64,000 bases of DNA from Candidatus Eiseniibacteriota bacterium (GCA_963762255.1 CAVXKA010000002.1:1248001-1312000); one strand, 5' to 3'; counted from the first letter of the stretch, positions 17,667 through 30,899 are shown. The notes: generated by a model from the sequence alone, not told the origin. Translations and numbers: made by a program.

Positions 17667-18767
17667 CTATTCCTCGGTGGTGCTCTTGGCCGTGGTCGAT
17701 TCCGGCGCTTCTTCTTCCTCGTCGTCGTCGTCCAGAAGCAGCGCGTCCTCGTCGATCACGGGCTTGCGAGGCGCCTCCAGGTCGGACACCTTGCGTCCGG
17801 GCTTCACGTACTGAGTGACCTCCATGCCGAACTGCAGCCCCATCGAGGTGAGGATGTCGCTGATTTCCTTCAGCGACTTCCGCCCGAAGTTGCGGTACTT
17901 GAGCATGGCCGACTCCGGCTTCTGCACCAGGTCGGCAATGGTCTTGATGTCGGCGGCGCGCAGACAGTTGGCGGAGCGCACCGAGAGCTCCAGCTCTTCC
18001 ACGCTCTTCTCCAGGAGGGAGCGGATGCGGCCCTTCTCCTTGTCTTCCTCTTCCTCGACGTCCACCACGATCGGCTCCTCGAAGGTGACGAAGAGACTGA
18101 AGTGGTCCTTGAGGATCATGGCCGCTACGGCCATCCCGTCTTTGGGAAGGATGCTGCCGTCGGTCCACACCTCCAGGGTGAGCTTGTCGAAGTCGACGCG
18201 CTGCCCCACGCGGGTGTTCTCCACCTCGAAGTTCACCTTCTTGATCGGCGAGTAGTGGGCATCCAGCGGGATCACCCCGATCGGACGCTCCTCTTCCTGC
18301 TGATCGGCGGGGATGTACCCGCGGCCGGCCGAGACCTCCACCTCCATGTCGATCTGCCCCTCCTTGTTGAGGGTGGCGACGTGGAGATCGGGGTTCAGGA
18401 CCTCGATTCCGGGATCGGCCTGCAGATCACCGGCCTTCAGTTCACCCGGGCCCGTCATCTTGAAACGGGCATTGAGCTTGTAGTCGGCGTGCATCTTGAA
18501 GCGGATCTGCTTCAGGTTGAGGATGATCTCGCTCACATCCTCGAGCACACCGGGGATCGTGCTGAACTCATGGAGAACCCCTTCGATCTTGACCGCGGTC
18601 ACCGCGGCACCCTGCAGGCTCGAAAGGAGCGCTCGACGGAGCGCGTTCCCCACCGTCAGGCCGAAACCTCTTTCCAACGGCTCGATCGTGAACTTGCCGT
18701 AGCGGTCCGAGGCACTTCCCTCGTCCAGCTCGATGGATTTCGGCATCTGGAGGTTCTTCCACTTCAT
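17667..18767 (-). CDS. rpoA: RNA polymerase alpha subunit
   Basis: EPLERGFGLTVGNALRR, LELSVRSANCL, NFGRKSL; acidic tail. Confidence 0.97.
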   Translation of the reverse strand: MKWKNLQMPKSIELDEGSASDRYGKFTIEPLERGFGLTVGNALRRALLSSLQGAAVTAVKIEGVLHEFSTIPGVLEDVSEIILNLKQIRFKMHADYKLNARFKMTGPGELKAGDLQADPGIEVLNPDLHVATLNKEGQIDMEVEVSAGRGYIPADQQEEERPIGVIPLDAHYSPIKKVNFEVENTRVGQRVDFDKLTLEVWTDGSILPKDGMAVAAMILKDHFSLFVTFEEPIVVDVEEEEDKEKGRIRSLLEKSVEELELSVRSANCLRAADIKTIADLVQKPESAMLKYRNFGRKSLKEISDILTSMGLQFGMEVTQYVKPGRKVSDLEAPRKPVIDEDALLLDDDDEEEEAPESTTAKSTTEE

Positions 18768-18838
18768 CGCTGTCATGCCTCCTCGGATCATCGACCCGAT
18801 AGCGTCATCAACTATGCCGGCCGGCCGGTCTTAGACCC

Positions 18839-19468
18839 TTACTTCGAATAGAGCTCGACGATCAGGCTCTCCTGGATGGTCGTGGGAATCGCATCCCGCG
18901 AGGGCACCCGGAGAAGCCGGCCCTGGAGCATCTTCGGGTTCGCCTCCAGCCAGTCGGGCGTGTCGCGCCCGCCGCGGCTCTCCACCGAATCCTGGACCGC
19001 CTTGAGGCTCTGGCTGTCCTCTTTGACCGCGATGACATCGCCCGGTCGCACTCGGTAGGAGGGAACATTGACTTTCCGGCCGTTCACGCGAAAATGCCCG
19101 TGAAGCACGAGCTGCCGGGCCGCCGGCCGCGACGCCGCGAAGCTGAGCCGGTAGACCAGGTTGTCGAGCCTCGTCTCCAGGAGCTGGAGCAGGTTCTCGC
19201 CGGTCACGCCGGGCAGCCGAGCCGCTTCCTGGAAGTAGTTGCGGAACTGGCGCTCCATGATCCCGTAGATCCGGCGAGCCTTCTGTTTCTGCCGCAACTG
19301 CAGGCCGTAGTTCGTGACCTTGAGCCGGCGATCCCGCCCGTGCTCGCCGGGCGCGTAGGCGCGCCGTTCGGCCGCGCACTTGGCGGTGTAGCACCGCTCG
19401 CCCTTGAGGAAGAGCTTCTCGCCCTCCCGGCGGCACAAACGGCACACCGCACCACGATATCTCGCCAT
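18839..19468 (-). CDS. rpsD: 30S ribosomal protein S4
   Basis: [23 protein letters not shown]...LETRLDN. Confidence 0.98.
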   Translation of the reverse strand: MARYRGAVCRLCRREGEKLFLKGERCYTAKCAAERRAYAPGEHGRDRRLKVTNYGLQLRQKQKARRIYGIMERQFRNYFQEAARLPGVTGENLLQLLETRLDNLVYRLSFAASRPAARQLVLHGHFRVNGRKVNVPSYRVRPGDVIAVKEDSQSLKAVQDSVESRGGRDTPDWLEANPKMLQGRLLRVPSRDAIPTTIQESLIVELYSK

Positions 19469-19584
19469 GTGTCTTCTTACCTCCGTCGCCGTTGCGACAG
19501 TTCGCGATCAAGAGATGAGCCCTATAGCGCGTTCACATCAGGCCCAGCCGAAGCCGGTCCTGCGTGACGCCGGGCTCGTACCCG

Positions 19585-19974
19585 CTAGACCCGTCGGCGC
19601 TTGGGCGGACGGCACCCATTGTGAGGAATGGGCGTCACGTCCCGGATGGCCTGGATCTCGAGCCCCGCGGCGGCGAGCGAGCGGATAGCCGCTTCCCGAC
19701 CGGCGCCCGGGCCCTTCACCATGACATCCACCTTCCGCATGCCTTGGGCCAAAACCTGCTTGGCCGCATCCTCGGCGGCCAACTGGGCGGCAAACGGCGT
19801 GCTCTTGCGGCTTCCCTTGAAGCCGACCTTGCCCGCCGTCGCCCACCCCACCACGCCCCCTTCGGGGTCGGTGATGCTGATGATCGTATTGTTGAAAGTC
19901 GCCTGGATATGGGCGACCCCATTGATCGGGACCTTGCGGTCCTTCTTCTTCTTGGTGACTTTGGCGCGTGCCAC
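19585..19974 (-). CDS. rpsK: 30S ribosomal protein S11
   Basis: [34 protein letters not shown]. Confidence 0.98.
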   Translation of the reverse strand: MARAKVTKKKKDRKVPINGVAHIQATFNNTIISITDPEGGVVGWATAGKVGFKGSRKSTPFAAQLAAEDAAKQVLAQGMRKVDVMVKGPGAGREAAIRSLAAAGLEIQAIRDVTPIPHNGCRPPKRRRV

Positions 19975-20000
19975 GAAACCTCCTTAAACGCCCGACGGCA

Positions 20001-20384
20001 TCAAGTCTTGGTGAGCTTCTTGCGTCCGGAACCCGCCGTCCGGCGCGGACCCTTGCGCGTCCGAGCGTTGGTCTTCGTCCGCTGTCCGCGCACGGGCAGG
20101 CCGCGGCGGTGACGAAGCCCCCGGTAGCACCCGATGTCCATGAGGCGCTTGATGTTCATCTGAACTTCGGTATGGAGCGCCCCCTCGACCCGGTACTTGG
20201 TCTCGATTTCCTGCCGAAGTTTGGCGGTGTCCTCTTCGCTCATTTCCCGCACCCGGACGGCCGGATTGACGCCGGTCGCGCTGAGAATCATGCGCGCCCG
20301 GCTCCGGCCGATGCCGAAGATGTAGGTCAAGGCGATTTCAACCCGCTTGTCGTTCGGCAGATCGACGCCTGCTATGCGTGCCAC
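20001..20384 (-). CDS. rpsM: 30S ribosomal protein S13
   Basis: [10 protein letters not shown]...[18 protein letters not shown]. Confidence 0.98.
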   Translation of the reverse strand: MARIAGVDLPNDKRVEIALTYIFGIGRSRARMILSATGVNPAVRVREMSEEDTAKLRQEIETKYRVEGALHTEVQMNIKRLMDIGCYRGLRHRRGLPVRGQRTKTNARTRKGPRRTAGSGRKKLTKT

Positions 20385-20476
20385 TTAGCTCCTCCTTCCG
20401 CCCGGCCGTGAGGCCTTCAAGGCGGAATGACCGGCTAGTCCTGCCGCCGGTCCGATCATCGGCTCACCGACGGGGA

Positions 20477-20590
20477 TCAACCCTGTCTCTGCTTGTGCCG
20501 CGGGTTCTTACAGATCACCCGCACCACACCCTTGCGCTTCACGAGCTTGCAGTTCTCGCAGATGCGCTTGACACTCGCTTTTACTTTCAT
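20477..20590 (-). CDS. rpmJ: 50S ribosomal protein L36
   Basis: [37 protein letters not shown]. Confidence 0.97.
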   Translation of the reverse strand: MKVKASVKRICENCKLVKRKGVVRVICKNPRHKQRQG

Positions 20591-21393
20591 CGCTCGGTCC
20601 TCCCCGGGGTCTCGCCGGTCGCCCGGGCCCCCAGAGTTCCCTTCCCGTTCGTCACGCTCAGCACCTTCGGGCCGTCCTCGGTGAGGACCACCGTATGCTC
20701 GAAATGCGCCGCCATCGAGCGGTCGCGCGTGACGATCGTCCATTGGTCGGCCAGGGTTTCCACCTCCCAGCCTCCCATCGTGATCATGGGCTCGATGGCG
20801 CACACCAGACCCGGCTTGAGCTTGAGTCCCGTCCCCGGCTTCCCGTAGTTCGGAACTTGCGGATCCTCGTGCATCTTCTCGCCGATCCCGTGCCCCACCA
20901 GCGCCCGCACCACCCCGTAGCCATGGCGCTCGGCGTGGGATTGCACGGCGTGCCCCACGTCGCCGAGGCGATTCCCGTCGCGGAACGCCTCGATGGCCCG
21001 GTGCAGGCACTCCTCGGTCACCCGAACGAGCTGCCGCACCGATTCGGAAACCTCCCCCACCCCGAAGGTGGAGGCCGCGTCTCCGTGATATCCGTCCCTC
21101 ACCACCCCGACGTCCACCCCGACGATGTCGCCTTCACGGATCACCCGGTCGCCCGGGATCCCGTGCACGACCTCTTCGTTGATCGAGATGCAGGTCGCCG
21201 CGGGGTATCCGTGATACCCCAGAAAGGAAGGCTCTCCGCCGCTGTCTCGAATGAACTCCTCCGCCTTCGCGTCCAGATCCCGGGTCGTGATTCCGGGCCG
21301 GACCAGACCTCGGAGCAGCTCCAACGTCCCCGCCACGATTCCGGCGGAAACGCGGATCTTCTCGACTTCCTCCTTCGACCTCAGCTTCACCAT
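20587..21393 (-). CDS. map: Methionine aminopeptidase type I
   Basis: [34 protein letters not shown]. Confidence 0.96.
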   Translation of the reverse strand: MVKLRSKEEVEKIRVSAGIVAGTLELLRGLVRPGITTRDLDAKAEEFIRDSGGEPSFLGYHGYPAATCISINEEVVHGIPGDRVIREGDIVGVDVGVVRDGYHGDAASTFGVGEVSESVRQLVRVTEECLHRAIEAFRDGNRLGDVGHAVQSHAERHGYGVVRALVGHGIGEKMHEDPQVPNYGKPGTGLKLKPGLVCAIEPMITMGGWEVETLADQWTIVTRDRSMAAHFEHTVVLTEDGPKVLSVTNGKGTLGARATGETPGRTER

Positions 21394-21423
21394 GCCGGTC
21401 CCGGACCCTTCAGGCCGCCCGCG

Positions 21424-22737
<1,314 letters not shown>

Positions 22738-22794
22738 CGATACCCTCTGGCGACCGGCCTTCCCACGAACGGGTCAGCCCGGTCGGCGGCTCGG

Positions 22795-23289
22795 TTACTT
22801 CGTCGCCGGCTTCTCGTTCCGCTTCTTGAACCGCTTGGGGCGGCGGGGCACCACGATCACGTCCACCTTGCCGCCCGCGGCCTCGATCTTCTGCTTGGCC
22901 CCCGCGCTGAACGCGTGGGCGCGTACGGTCACCGCCTCGGTGAGTTCCCCGTTGCCGAGGATCTTGAGCGGCGCCTTCGTGTCGTTGATCAGCCCGCGCA
23001 GCTTGAGCACCATCGCGGTGATCGGTTCGCCGCCCAGTCCGGCGAGATCGCCGACGTTCACGATCTCCACCGGCTTGGCGTGCACGTTGGTGAACCCGCG
23101 CTTGGGCAAGCGGCGCTGCAAAGGCATCTGGCCGCCTTCGAACCAGGGCCTGGTCGTGCTCCCGGTGCGGGCGCCCTGGCCCTTGTGACCGCGCGTGCTG
23201 GTCCCGCCGTGTCCGCTTCCGGTGCCGCGGCCGATGCGCTTGCGGTTCTTGGTTGCGCCCTTGGCGGGCTTAAGAGTTCCGAGCTTCAT
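22795..23289 (-). CDS. rplO: 50S ribosomal protein L15
   Basis: GRGTGSG, FEGGQMPL.RRLPKRGF. Confidence 0.97.
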   Translation of the reverse strand: MKLGTLKPAKGATKNRKRIGRGTGSGHGGTSTRGHKGQGARTGSTTRPWFEGGQMPLQRRLPKRGFTNVHAKPVEIVNVGDLAGLGGEPITAMVLKLRGLINDTKAPLKILGNGELTEAVTVRAHAFSAGAKQKIEAAGGKVDVIVVPRRPKRFKKRNEKPATK

Positions 23290-23300
23290 GGTCGTTTTCC

Positions 23301-23486
23301 TCAGTCGATTTCCTGCACGTCCACAAGATGACGGACCTTGTAGATCATGCCGCGGATCTGGGGCGTGTCGTTCTGGATCACAGGGCGGCCCAGCCGCTTG
23401 ATGCCGAGGGCGCGAACGGTCCGCTTTTGCGGCTCCGGTCGGTCGATGGCGCTACGCACCTGAGTGATCTTCAGCTTCTTAGGCAT
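23301..23486 (-). CDS. rpmD: 50S ribosomal protein L30
   Basis: [10 protein letters not shown]...[12 protein letters not shown]. Confidence 0.95.
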   Translation of the reverse strand: MPKKLKITQVRSAIDRPEPQKRTVRALGIKRLGRPVIQNDTPQIRGMIYKVRHLVDVQEID

Positions 23487-24099
23487 TGGCATCCTCCGGC
23501 GACTCCGGGTCCTCGACGGCCACCGCGGTCGGGATGCTCTCCACAGCCGCCGCCGTCACTGCCGGAGCGATCGGGCTCTTCCGCTTCAGTTCCAGGATCT
23601 CGCCCACCGTCTTGCCCCGCTCCTCGGCCACACTGCTGACCGAGCGCAGGCTCGTGAGCGCGTTGAAGGTGGCCTTGACCGCGTTGTGGGGGTTGGTGGA
23701 CCCGAGACACTTGGAGAGCACGTTCTGCACTCCCGCCGCCTCGAGGACCGCGCGCACCGGGCCGCCGGCGATCACGCCGGTACCGGGGCTCGCCGGCTTG
23801 AGGAGAACCCGGCCGGCTCCGAAGTGGCCGATCACCTCGTGCGGGATCGTTCCCTTCACCAGGTTGATCGGCACCATCGCGCGGCGGGCGGCCTCGGTGG
23901 CCTTGCGAATGGCGTCGGCCACTTCGTTGGCCTTGCCGAGACCGATCCCGACCCGGCCCTGCTTGTCGCCTACCGTAACGATGGCGTTGAAGCTGAACCG
24001 GCGACCGCCCTTCACCACCTTCGCGCAGCGGTTGACGGCGACCATGTTTTCGACGAGATCGCTCTCCGGACTCGGATTGCGGTTGGGATTGCGACGCAA
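23479..24099 (-). CDS. rpsE: 30S ribosomal protein S5
   Basis: [23 protein letters not shown]. Confidence 0.97.
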   Translation of the reverse strand: MRRNPNRNPSPESDLVENMVAVNRCAKVVKGGRRFSFNAIVTVGDKQGRVGIGLGKANEVADAIRKATEAARRAMVPINLVKGTIPHEVIGHFGAGRVLLKPASPGTGVIAGGPVRAVLEAAGVQNVLSKCLGSTNPHNAVKATFNALTSLRSVSSVAEERGKTVGEILELKRKSPIAPAVTAAAVESIPTAVAVEDPESPEDANA

Positions 24100-24109
24100 G
24101 GTCTTCCTC

Positions 24110-24487
24110 CTAGAACTTCAGGCCGCCCTCGCGGGCGCCCTCGGCCAGAGCTTTCACCCGGCCGTGGTAGAGATAGCCGCCGCGATCGAACGCGACGGCC
24201 TGGATACCCATGTCGAGGGCCTTGCGCGCCACCACCTGACCCACCAGCGTGCTGACCGCGGTCTTCTTGGTCTTGCCCTGCTCGATCTTCTCCCGAACCT
24301 CGGGGGTGAGGCTCGACACGGTGAGCAGGGTGAGACCCTGAGCGTCGTCAACGAGCTGGGCGTAGATGTGGCTCAAGCTCCGGTAGACACAGAGCCGGGG
24401 CCGCTCGGCGGTGCCGGACACCTTGTTGCGCACCCGATGGTGCCTCCGGATCCGGGCTTCCCGCCGCTTGATGGCAATCGTGGTCAT
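24110..24487 (-). CDS. rplR: 50S ribosomal protein L18
   Basis: [24 protein letters not shown]. Confidence 0.97.
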   Translation of the reverse strand: MTTIAIKRREARIRRHHRVRNKVSGTAERPRLCVYRSLSHIYAQLVDDAQGLTLLTVSSLTPEVREKIEQGKTKKTAVSTLVGQVVARKALDMGIQAVAFDRGGYLYHGRVKALAEGAREGGLKF

Positions 24488-24501
24488 GCTCTTAACCTCG
24501 C

Positions 24502-25038
24502 TTAGGCACCGGCGCTCTTGCCGGCCTTGCGGCGAACGAATTCACCTTCGTAGCGGATCCCCTTGCCCTTGTAGGGCTCCGGAGGCCGGAACTTGCGCAC
24601 CTCCGCCGCCACTTGTCCCACCAGCGCCTTGTCGATCCCGCTGATGACGATCTTGTTCTGCTCCACTTTCGCGTCGATCCCGTTGGGGAGCGCGTACTCG
24701 ATGGGGTGCGAAAACCCCAACGTAAGAACGAGCGTGCGCTCCTGCACCTGGGCTCGATAGCCGGTGCCTTGGATCTCCAGGCCCTTGGTGAAGCCCGTGG
24801 ACACACCCTCCACCAGGTTGTTGACCATGGCGCGCGAGAGGCCGTGAATGGCCCCCGCCGTCTTCTCGGTGGAGGTCTGCCGCACCTGGGCCTTGCCCTC
24901 CATCACGTCCAATTCGATCCCCGGGAGCGCGTCGTAGCTGAGCACCCCCTTGGGGCCCTTGGCCGTGACGGTGCGACCCGACATCTTGAGCTCGACCCCC
25001 GAGGGGATCGGAATGATCTTCTTACCGACTCGAGACAT
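24502..25038 (-). CDS. rplF: 50S ribosomal protein L6
   Basis: [19 protein letters not shown]. Confidence 0.98.
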   Translation of the reverse strand: MSRVGKKIIPIPSGVELKMSGRTVTAKGPKGVLSYDALPGIELDVMEGKAQVRQTSTEKTAGAIHGLSRAMVNNLVEGVSTGFTKGLEIQGTGYRAQVQERTLVLTLGFSHPIEYALPNGIDAKVEQNKIVISGIDKALVGQVAAEVRKFRPPEPYKGKGIRYEGEFVRRKAGKSAGA

Positions 25039-25065
25039 GGCTTACCTCGTCTTCCCGACTCGCGG

Positions 25066-25464
25066 TTACCAAAGCACGGCGACGAGTTCGCCGCCGAGAC
25101 CGCGCTTGCGGGCCTCCTTGTCCGTCATGATTCCCTGGGAGGTCGAGAGGACCGCCGTACCCAGGCCGCCCAACACCCGCGGGACTTCGTGCCGCTTGCA
25201 GTACATCCGCCGACCGGGGCGCGAAACACGCCTGATTCCCCGGATGATGGGGCGGTTATCCGGCAGGTAGCGCAAGTAGATGCGCAGCAGGCCCTGCTTC
25301 TCGTCCTGGATGGGACGCACGTTTTCGATGTACTTCTCGCGGAGCAGCAAGTCCGCGATCGCCGACTTCACCCTCGAGGCCGGCACATCCACCCGAGGGT
25401 GGCTGGCCTGAGCCGCATTCCGGATGCTCGTCAGCATGTCCGCGATCGGATCGGTCACCGGCAT
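25066..25464 (-). CDS. rpsH: 30S ribosomal protein S8
   Basis: TDPIADML, SRPGRR, STSQGIMT...GGE. Confidence 0.97.
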   Translation of the reverse strand: MPVTDPIADMLTSIRNAAQASHPRVDVPASRVKSAIADLLLREKYIENVRPIQDEKQGLLRIYLRYLPDNRPIIRGIRRVSRPGRRMYCKRHEVPRVLGGLGTAVLSTSQGIMTDKEARKRGLGGELVAVLW

Positions 25465-25561
25465 TCCTGTTCGCTCCTTCGTCTACTCTGCGGGCCGGGC
25501 GGTTCGCCGGCGGCGGATGCCACAGCGGAATGAACCGCCTGACGCCTGCCCGGCCGCGTGA

Positions 25562-25747
25562 CTACCAACTAGCCTTCACCACTCCAGGAACCTTCCCGTC
25601 CAGGGCGAGATCCCGGAAGCAGATACGGCAGAGACCGAACTTCCGCAGGTAGGCCCGCGGACGGCCACACCGGTTGCAACGGTTGTAGCCCCGCACCTTG
25701 TACTTGGGGGTGCGTTTCCACTTTTCGACCAACGCTTTCTTAGCCAC
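25562..25747 (-). CDS. rpsZ: 30S ribosomal protein S14, Zn-ribbon (type Z)
   Basis: 61 aa; CNRC...CRIC...PGVVKASW. Confidence 0.96.
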   Translation of the reverse strand: MAKKALVEKWKRTPKYKVRGYNRCNRCGRPRAYLRKFGLCRICFRDLALDGKVPGVVKASW

Positions 25748-25757
25748 AGGCGCTCCT

Positions 25758-26309
25758 TTAGCTCTTCTGCTCGCGGAAGGGGAACTTCATCCGCCGGAGG
25801 AGCTCCAGCCCCTCCTCGTCCGTTTCCGCGCTGGTCACGAAGGTGATGTCCATCCCCCGGACCTTGTCGATCTTGTCGTAGTCGATCTCCGGAAAAATGA
25901 TCTGCTCCTGGACGCCCACGCTGTAGTTGCCCCGCCCGTCGAAGGACTTGGACGAGAACCCGCGGAAGTCGCGGATGCGCGGCACCGCGACCGACACGAA
26001 GCGATCCAGGAACTCGAACATCCGAGCGCCGCGCAGCGTCACCGCCACCCCGATCGGCATCCCCTCGCGCAGCTTGAAATTCGAAATGGCCTTCTTGGCG
26101 CGACGGATCGCCGGCTTCTGCCCGGTGATGCGGGTGAGATCCGCGGTCGCCCCGTCGAGGAGCTTCACGTTCTGCGTCGCCTCGCCCACCCGCATGTTCA
26201 GAACGATCTTGGTGAGCTTGGGCGCCTGCATCGAGTTGGAGTAGCCGAAGTGCTTCACCAGCTCGGGAAGCACCCGCTGCTCGTAGTCCTCTTGATATCT
26301 CGGCTTCAT
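25758..26309 (-). CDS. rplE: 50S ribosomal protein L5
   Basis: [27 protein letters not shown]. Confidence 0.98.
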   Translation of the reverse strand: MKPRYQEDYEQRVLPELVKHFGYSNSMQAPKLTKIVLNMRVGEATQNVKLLDGATADLTRITGQKPAIRRAKKAISNFKLREGMPIGVAVTLRGARMFEFLDRFVSVAVPRIRDFRGFSSKSFDGRGNYSVGVQEQIIFPEIDYDKIDKVRGMDITFVTSAETDEEGLELLRRMKFPFREQKS

Positions 26310-26398
26310 GCTTTCTTCTCTCCTGCGGCCGCCGTCGTCCCGGGTCTACCCGGGCAGCGGTCGCGAAGGCTCCGACGAGGAGCCGTCCACCGTCGGAG

Positions 26399-26614
26399 CT
26401 AGCCGACCTTTTTCACGTTCGAGATGTGGATGGCGGCTTCCTTCTCCACGATTCCACCCTTCCCCGCGCTGGTGGGGCGAGTGTGCCGCTTTACGAACTT
26501 GACGCCTTCGACGATGACCCGGTCCTTCTCGCGGAGGACCTGGAGCACACGCCCGGTCTTCCCCTTGTCGTTGCCGGCGATCACCGTAACCTGGTCGCCT
26601 TTCTTTACCTTCAT
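26399..26614 (-). CDS. rplX: 50S ribosomal protein L24 (short, 71 aa)
   Basis: [25 protein letters not shown]. Confidence 0.95.
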   Translation of the reverse strand: MKVKKGDQVTVIAGNDKGKTGRVLQVLREKDRVIVEGVKFVKRHTRPTSAGKGGIVEKEAAIHISNVKKVG

Positions 26615-26635
26615 GGCTCTCCTCCTCCGCGCTCC

Positions 26636-27004
26636 CTACAACACCTCGGGGGCGAGGGAGATGATCTTCATGAAATTCCGCTCGCGCAGCTCGCGAGCCA
26701 CCGGACCGAAGATGCGGGTGCCCCTCGGCTCGTTGTTGGCGTCGATCAGGACCACCGCGTTGTCGTCGAATCGGATATAGGAACCGTCCTTGCGGCGGTA
26801 CTCCTTCCGCGTGCGCACGATCACCGCTTTGGCCACCTCACCCTTCTTGGCGGCGCCGCCGGGAATGGCGTCCTGAATGGCCACCACCACGACGTCGCCG
26901 AGATGGGCGTAGTGGCGCCGCGTCCCGCCGAGGACGTGGATACAACGCGCGGTCCGAGCCCCCGAGTTGTCCGCCACCGTCAACATGGTCTGCATCTGGA
27001 TCAT
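26636..27004 (-). CDS. rplN: 50S ribosomal protein L14
   Basis: [26 protein letters not shown]. Confidence 0.98.
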   Translation of the reverse strand: MIQMQTMLTVADNSGARTARCIHVLGGTRRHYAHLGDVVVVAIQDAIPGGAAKKGEVAKAVIVRTRKEYRRKDGSYIRFDDNAVVLIDANNEPRGTRIFGPVARELRERNFMKIISLAPEVL

Positions 27005-27021
27005 GGTTCACGCTCCCCGCA

Positions 27022-27288
27022 CTACTTGGCTTTTTCGACGATCTCGACGAGACGCCACCGCTTGGTCTTGCTCAGCGGGCGGGTCTCCATGAACCGCACG
27101 AGGTCGCCCTCGTGGCACTGGTTCGTTTCGTCGTGAACCGTGTACTTCTTACGCTTGCGGACGTACCGCTTGTACTCCGGGTGCTTGACCAGACGCTCGA
27201 TGACGACCACCCGGGTCTTGTCCATCTTGTCGCTGACGACCCGGCCCACCCGGACTTTGCGTCGATTGCGTTCTACGTTCGCTTCCAC
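27022..27288 (-). CDS. rpsQ: 30S ribosomal protein S17
   Basis: [20 protein letters not shown]. Confidence 0.97.
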   Translation of the reverse strand: MEANVERNRRKVRVGRVVSDKMDKTRVVVIERLVKHPEYKRYVRKRKKYTVHDETNQCHEGDLVRFMETRPLSKTKRWRLVEIVEKAK

Positions 27289-27337
27289 GTTCGCTACCTC
27301 ACTTCAAGGTTCCGAGGACGCCTCGCGTCCGCCGGGA

Positions 27338-27583
27338 TCAAGCCTTCTTGGCTTCCGTCACGCTCTCCCCCGCCAGCCGGCGAGTGCCCTGGCGATACTC
27401 GGCCAACGCCGTGGACAGCCGCGCCACTTCCCGCCGGAGACCCCGGATCTGAAGCGGGTTGTCGAGCTGGCGCATGGTGTTCCGGAAGCGAAGGTTGAAG
27501 AGCTCCTTCTTGAGGTCGGCGATCCGACGCTCAACGTCATCCGGAGACATGTCGTGAATGTTCGTCTTCTTCTCTTTGGCCAT
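27338..27583 (-). CDS. rpmC: 50S ribosomal protein L29
   Basis: LKKELFNLRF...QLDNP...RREVAR. Confidence 0.95.
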   Translation of the reverse strand: MAKEKKTNIHDMSPDDVERRIADLKKELFNLRFRNTMRQLDNPLQIRGLRREVARLSTALAEYRQGTRRLAGESVTEAKKA

Positions 27584-27587
27584 GACG

Positions 27588-28010
27588 TCAGTCTCCCAGC
27601 TGCTCTTCGCGGACCACGAAGCGCGTCTTGATGGGGAGCTTGGCCGCGCCCAGCTTCATGGCCTCCGCCGCGAGCTCCTTGCTGATGCCTTCGAGTTCGA
27701 AGAGGACCCGCCCCGGCTTCACCACCGCGACCCAGAACTCCGGGCTCCCCTTCCCCTTGCCCATGCGGGTTTCCGCCGGCTTCTTGGTCACCGGCTTGTC
27801 CGGGAAGATGCGGATCCACATCTTGCCGCCACGCTTGATGTGACGGGTGATCGCCACACGGGCGGCCTCGATCTGCCGGTTGGTGATCCAGGCCGGCTCG
27901 ATGGCCTGCAGGCCGAACTCGCCGAAGGACACCTTGCCTCCGCGATAGGCCTTCCCGTTCATCCGGCCTCGCTGCTGCTTGCGATGTTTGACTCTCTTCG
28001 GTAGTAGCAT
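27588..28010 (-). CDS. rplP: 50S ribosomal protein L16
   Basis: [24 protein letters not shown]. Confidence 0.98.
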   Translation of the reverse strand: MLLPKRVKHRKQQRGRMNGKAYRGGKVSFGEFGLQAIEPAWITNRQIEAARVAITRHIKRGGKMWIRIFPDKPVTKKPAETRMGKGKGSPEFWVAVVKPGRVLFELEGISKELAAEAMKLGAAKLPIKTRFVVREEQLGD

Positions 28011-28019
28011 CGGAAACTC

Positions 28020-28748
28020 CTAGTTCCTCGACCGGTCGCTTGGGCCCTTGCCACGGTCGCCACGGTCGCCGCGTCCGCCTCGGGCGGGCGCCGCCGGAGC
28101 GGCGGCCTCGGCCGGAGCCTCCGGCCCCAAAACCTCGCCGTGGAAGATCCACACTTTCACGCCGCAGGCACCGTAGGTGGTGCGGGCGGTGGCGCGGGCG
28201 AAATCGATGTCCGCGCGCAGCGTGTGCAACGGCACCCGCCCCTCACGATAGGACTCGTAGCGGGCCATTTCCGCTCCGCCCAACCGGCCGGAGCAGGCCA
28301 CGCGCACGCCCTCGGCGCCGCTCTTCATCACCGCTTGAATGCTCTTCTTCATGGCCCGCCGGAAGGACACGCGTCCTTCGAGCTGGCGGGCGATATGCTG
28401 GGCGACCAGGGCCGCGTCCGTGTCCGGCCGCTTGATCTCATCGATGTTGATGTAGATCTCCTTGCCGGTGAGCTGGTGGAGCTCGTCGCGGAGCTGATCC
28501 ACCTGAGTGCCGCGACGGCCGATCACGAGGCCGGGCTTGGCGGTCGCGATGTTGATCGTGACCTTGTTCGCGGCCCGCTGGATGATGACCTTGGAGAGGC
28601 TGGCGTTGGAGAGACGGTTCTCCAGGTAACGCCGGATCTTGATGTCCTCATCCAGGAGCTGTGCGTAGTTCTTGCCGGCGAACCAGCGAGAGTCCCACGT
28701 CTTGACGATGCCCAGCCTCAATCCGACCGGATGCGTTTTCTGACCCAC
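28020..28748 (-). CDS. rpsC: 30S ribosomal protein S3
   Basis: [35 protein letters not shown]. Confidence 0.98.
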   Translation of the reverse strand: MGQKTHPVGLRLGIVKTWDSRWFAGKNYAQLLDEDIKIRRYLENRLSNASLSKVIIQRAANKVTINIATAKPGLVIGRRGTQVDQLRDELHQLTGKEIYINIDEIKRPDTDAALVAQHIARQLEGRVSFRRAMKKSIQAVMKSGAEGVRVACSGRLGGAEMARYESYREGRVPLHTLRADIDFARATARTTYGACGVKVWIFHGEVLGPEAPAEAAAPAAPARGGRGDRGDRGKGPSDRSRN

Positions 28749-28802
28749 AGTCTCCTCCGTAAACCTTGCTGCCGGGGCGGACCGATGTCCCCCCGTCTCC
28801 GT

Positions 28803-29306
28803 CTACTTGGCCTTTGCCCGCGCCGTTTTCTTGCCGGCGCTCTTCGCCGCGGCCTTCGCCGCCGGCTTGGCAGCCGGCTTAGCCGTTGCCTTGGCCGTTG
28901 CGCGCTTCTTCGGAGCCGCCTTGGCGGCCGGTGCGGCCTTCTTGCCCGACTTGGCCTTCCGGCCCTTCACCGGGCGGTCGCCCAAGATGATGGTGATGTG
29001 GCTCGTCCGCTTGAGGATCGGGGTGGCCCGACCCTGCGCGCGGGGAAGCCAGCGCTTCATGATCGGCCCCGGTCCAACCAGGGCCTCCTTCACGTACAGA
29101 TCCTCGACGTCGAGAGCCGAGTCCGCCTGCACGGCGTTGGCCACCGCCGAGCGAACCGTCTTCTCGATCCTCTTGGCCACGTGCTTCTTGGAGAAGGTCA
29201 GCGTCAGAAGCGCCTCCTCCACAGCGCGGCCTCGGACCAGATCGAGCACCTGGTTCACCTTGCGCGGTGTCACTCTGATGTACCTTGCAGTGGCACGAGC
29301 TTCCAT
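28803..29306 (-). CDS. rplV: 50S ribosomal protein L22 with Ala/Lys/Pro tail
   Basis: SAVANA, PRAQGRA..ILKRTSHI; ~50-aa AKP-rich tail. Confidence 0.96.
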   Translation of the reverse strand: MEARATARYIRVTPRKVNQVLDLVRGRAVEEALLTLTFSKKHVAKRIEKTVRSAVANAVQADSALDVEDLYVKEALVGPGPIMKRWLPRAQGRATPILKRTSHITIILGDRPVKGRKAKSGKKAAPAAKAAPKKRATAKATAKPAAKPAAKAAAKSAGKKTARAKAK

Positions 29307-29365
29307 CGCTCTACCGCTCCTTCACGGCTTCCCGCCCCGCGATGACACGGAGCACGGAGCCTTTC

Positions 29366-29680
29366 CTACCCTTGCTTCTTGGGCGCCGCCGGCGCCGAAG
29401 GGGTCGTGGACGTGGTCTTGTCGGTGCCGGCGTGGCCCCGAAAGACCCGTGTGGGCGCAAACTCGCCCAGCTTGTGCCCGACCATGTTCTCGGTCACGTA
29501 GATCGGGATGAACTTGTTGCCGTTGTGCACAGCCAGGGTGTGCCCCACGAACTCGGGAACGATGGTGGAGCGACGCGCCCACGTGCGGACGACGCGCTTC
29601 TCGTTCTTCTTGTTCATGGTCTCGATCCGGGTAATGAGCTTCGAATCGACGAACGGACCCTTTTTGATCGAACGTGCCAT
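29366..29680 (-). CDS. rpsS: 30S ribosomal protein S19
   Basis: [21 protein letters not shown]. Confidence 0.98.
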   Translation of the reverse strand: MARSIKKGPFVDSKLITRIETMNKKNEKRVVRTWARRSTIVPEFVGHTLAVHNGNKFIPIYVTENMVGHKLGEFAPTRVFRGHAGTDKTTSTTPSAPAAPKKQG

Positions 29681-29725
29681 GGTTGTCTCTGTGATCTCCT
29701 GGCGCCCACCGCGGGAGCCCGGCGG

Positions 29726-30553
29726 TTACTTGCCCTTGCGTCTCCGGACGATCAGACGGTCCGAAAGCTTCTTCTTGCGCGTCTTCAGACCCTTGGTCTT
29801 CTTGCCCCACGGGGTCGTCGGGTGGCGCCCGCCCGAGGTGCGGCCCTCGCCGCCGCCCATCGGGTGATCGACCGGGTTCATGGCCACGCCGCGGGTGATG
29901 GGCCGCCGGCCCAGCCACCGGTTGCGGCCGGCCTTGCCGATCACAATGTTCTCGTGGTCGAGGTTGCCGACTTGGCCGATCGTGCAGTAGCAGTCGGACA
30001 TGAACACCCGCACCTCGCCGGAAGGCATCTTGACCTGCGCGTTGTTGCCTTCCTTGGCCACGACCACCGCCGCGGCGCCGGCGCCGCGCGCGATCTGGCC
30101 TCCCTTGCCGGGCACCATCTCGAGGTTATGCACCTCGGTGCCGAGCGGGACGCTTTTCAAGGGCATGGCGTTCCCGACCTGCACTTCGACGTCGGGCCCC
30201 GCCATGATCGTCATGTTCACTTCGAGCCCCTTGGGGGCGATGATGTACCGCTTCTCGCCGTCGGCGTAGACCACCAACGCGATGCGCGAGCTGCGATTGG
30301 GGTCGTATTCGATCGTCGCCACGCGCGCGGGAATCCCGCGCTTGTCGCGCCTGAAATCGATGACCCGGTACCGACGCTTGTGGCCGCCGCCCCGATGCCA
30401 TGCGGAAACGTGTCCCTGGTTATCCCGTCCCCCCGACTTGCGGAGTGGACGGAGGAGGGACTTTTCCGGCTGGTCGGTCGTGATCTCCTCGAAGTCGGAG
30501 ACCGTCTTGAACCGCTGGCCCGGAGTTGTTGGCCGGAAACTTTTGAGACCCAT
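29726..30553 (-). CDS. rplB: 50S ribosomal protein L2
   Basis: [30 protein letters not shown]. Confidence 0.98.
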   Translation of the reverse strand: MGLKSFRPTTPGQRFKTVSDFEEITTDQPEKSLLRPLRKSGGRDNQGHVSAWHRGGGHKRRYRVIDFRRDKRGIPARVATIEYDPNRSSRIALVVYADGEKRYIIAPKGLEVNMTIMAGPDVEVQVGNAMPLKSVPLGTEVHNLEMVPGKGGQIARGAGAAAVVVAKEGNNAQVKMPSGEVRVFMSDCYCTIGQVGNLDHENIVIGKAGRNRWLGRRPITRGVAMNPVDHPMGGGEGRTSGGRHPTTPWGKKTKGLKTRKKKLSDRLIVRRRKGK

Positions 30554-30608
30554 GCTCTGTCTCCCGGTTGCTAACTACGCGCGGGGGCCGTCACCGACCC
30601 CACGCCGC

Positions 30609-30899
30609 TTAGACTTCCTCGAACAGCTCGATGCTATCGCCCTGCTTGAGGGTCACGATCGCCTTTTTCCACGAAGAGCGGCGCCCCGCGCTGGCCCCCA
30701 CCCGCTTCAGCTTCCCCAGCACGTTCTGCGTCCGCACGTGTTCCACAGTGACGCCGAAGATGATCTGCACTGCCTGCTGGATCTCCACCTTGTTGGCGTC
30801 GGGATGCACCTGGAAGAGGTACTTGTTCCCCCCCTCCCGCATCCGGGTGCCCTTCTCGCTCACGAGCGCCTTGACGATCACGTCGTGCGGGTCCTTCAT
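30609..30899 (-). CDS. rplW: 50S ribosomal protein L23
   Basis: MKDPHDVI..ALVSEK...ANKVEI...WKKAIVTL; true start at 30899 lies inside the longer track ORF. Confidence 0.95.
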   Translation of the reverse strand: MKDPHDVIVKALVSEKGTRMREGGNKYLFQVHPDANKVEIQQAVQIIFGVTVEHVRTQNVLGKLKRVGASAGRRSSWKKAIVTLKQGDSIELFEEV

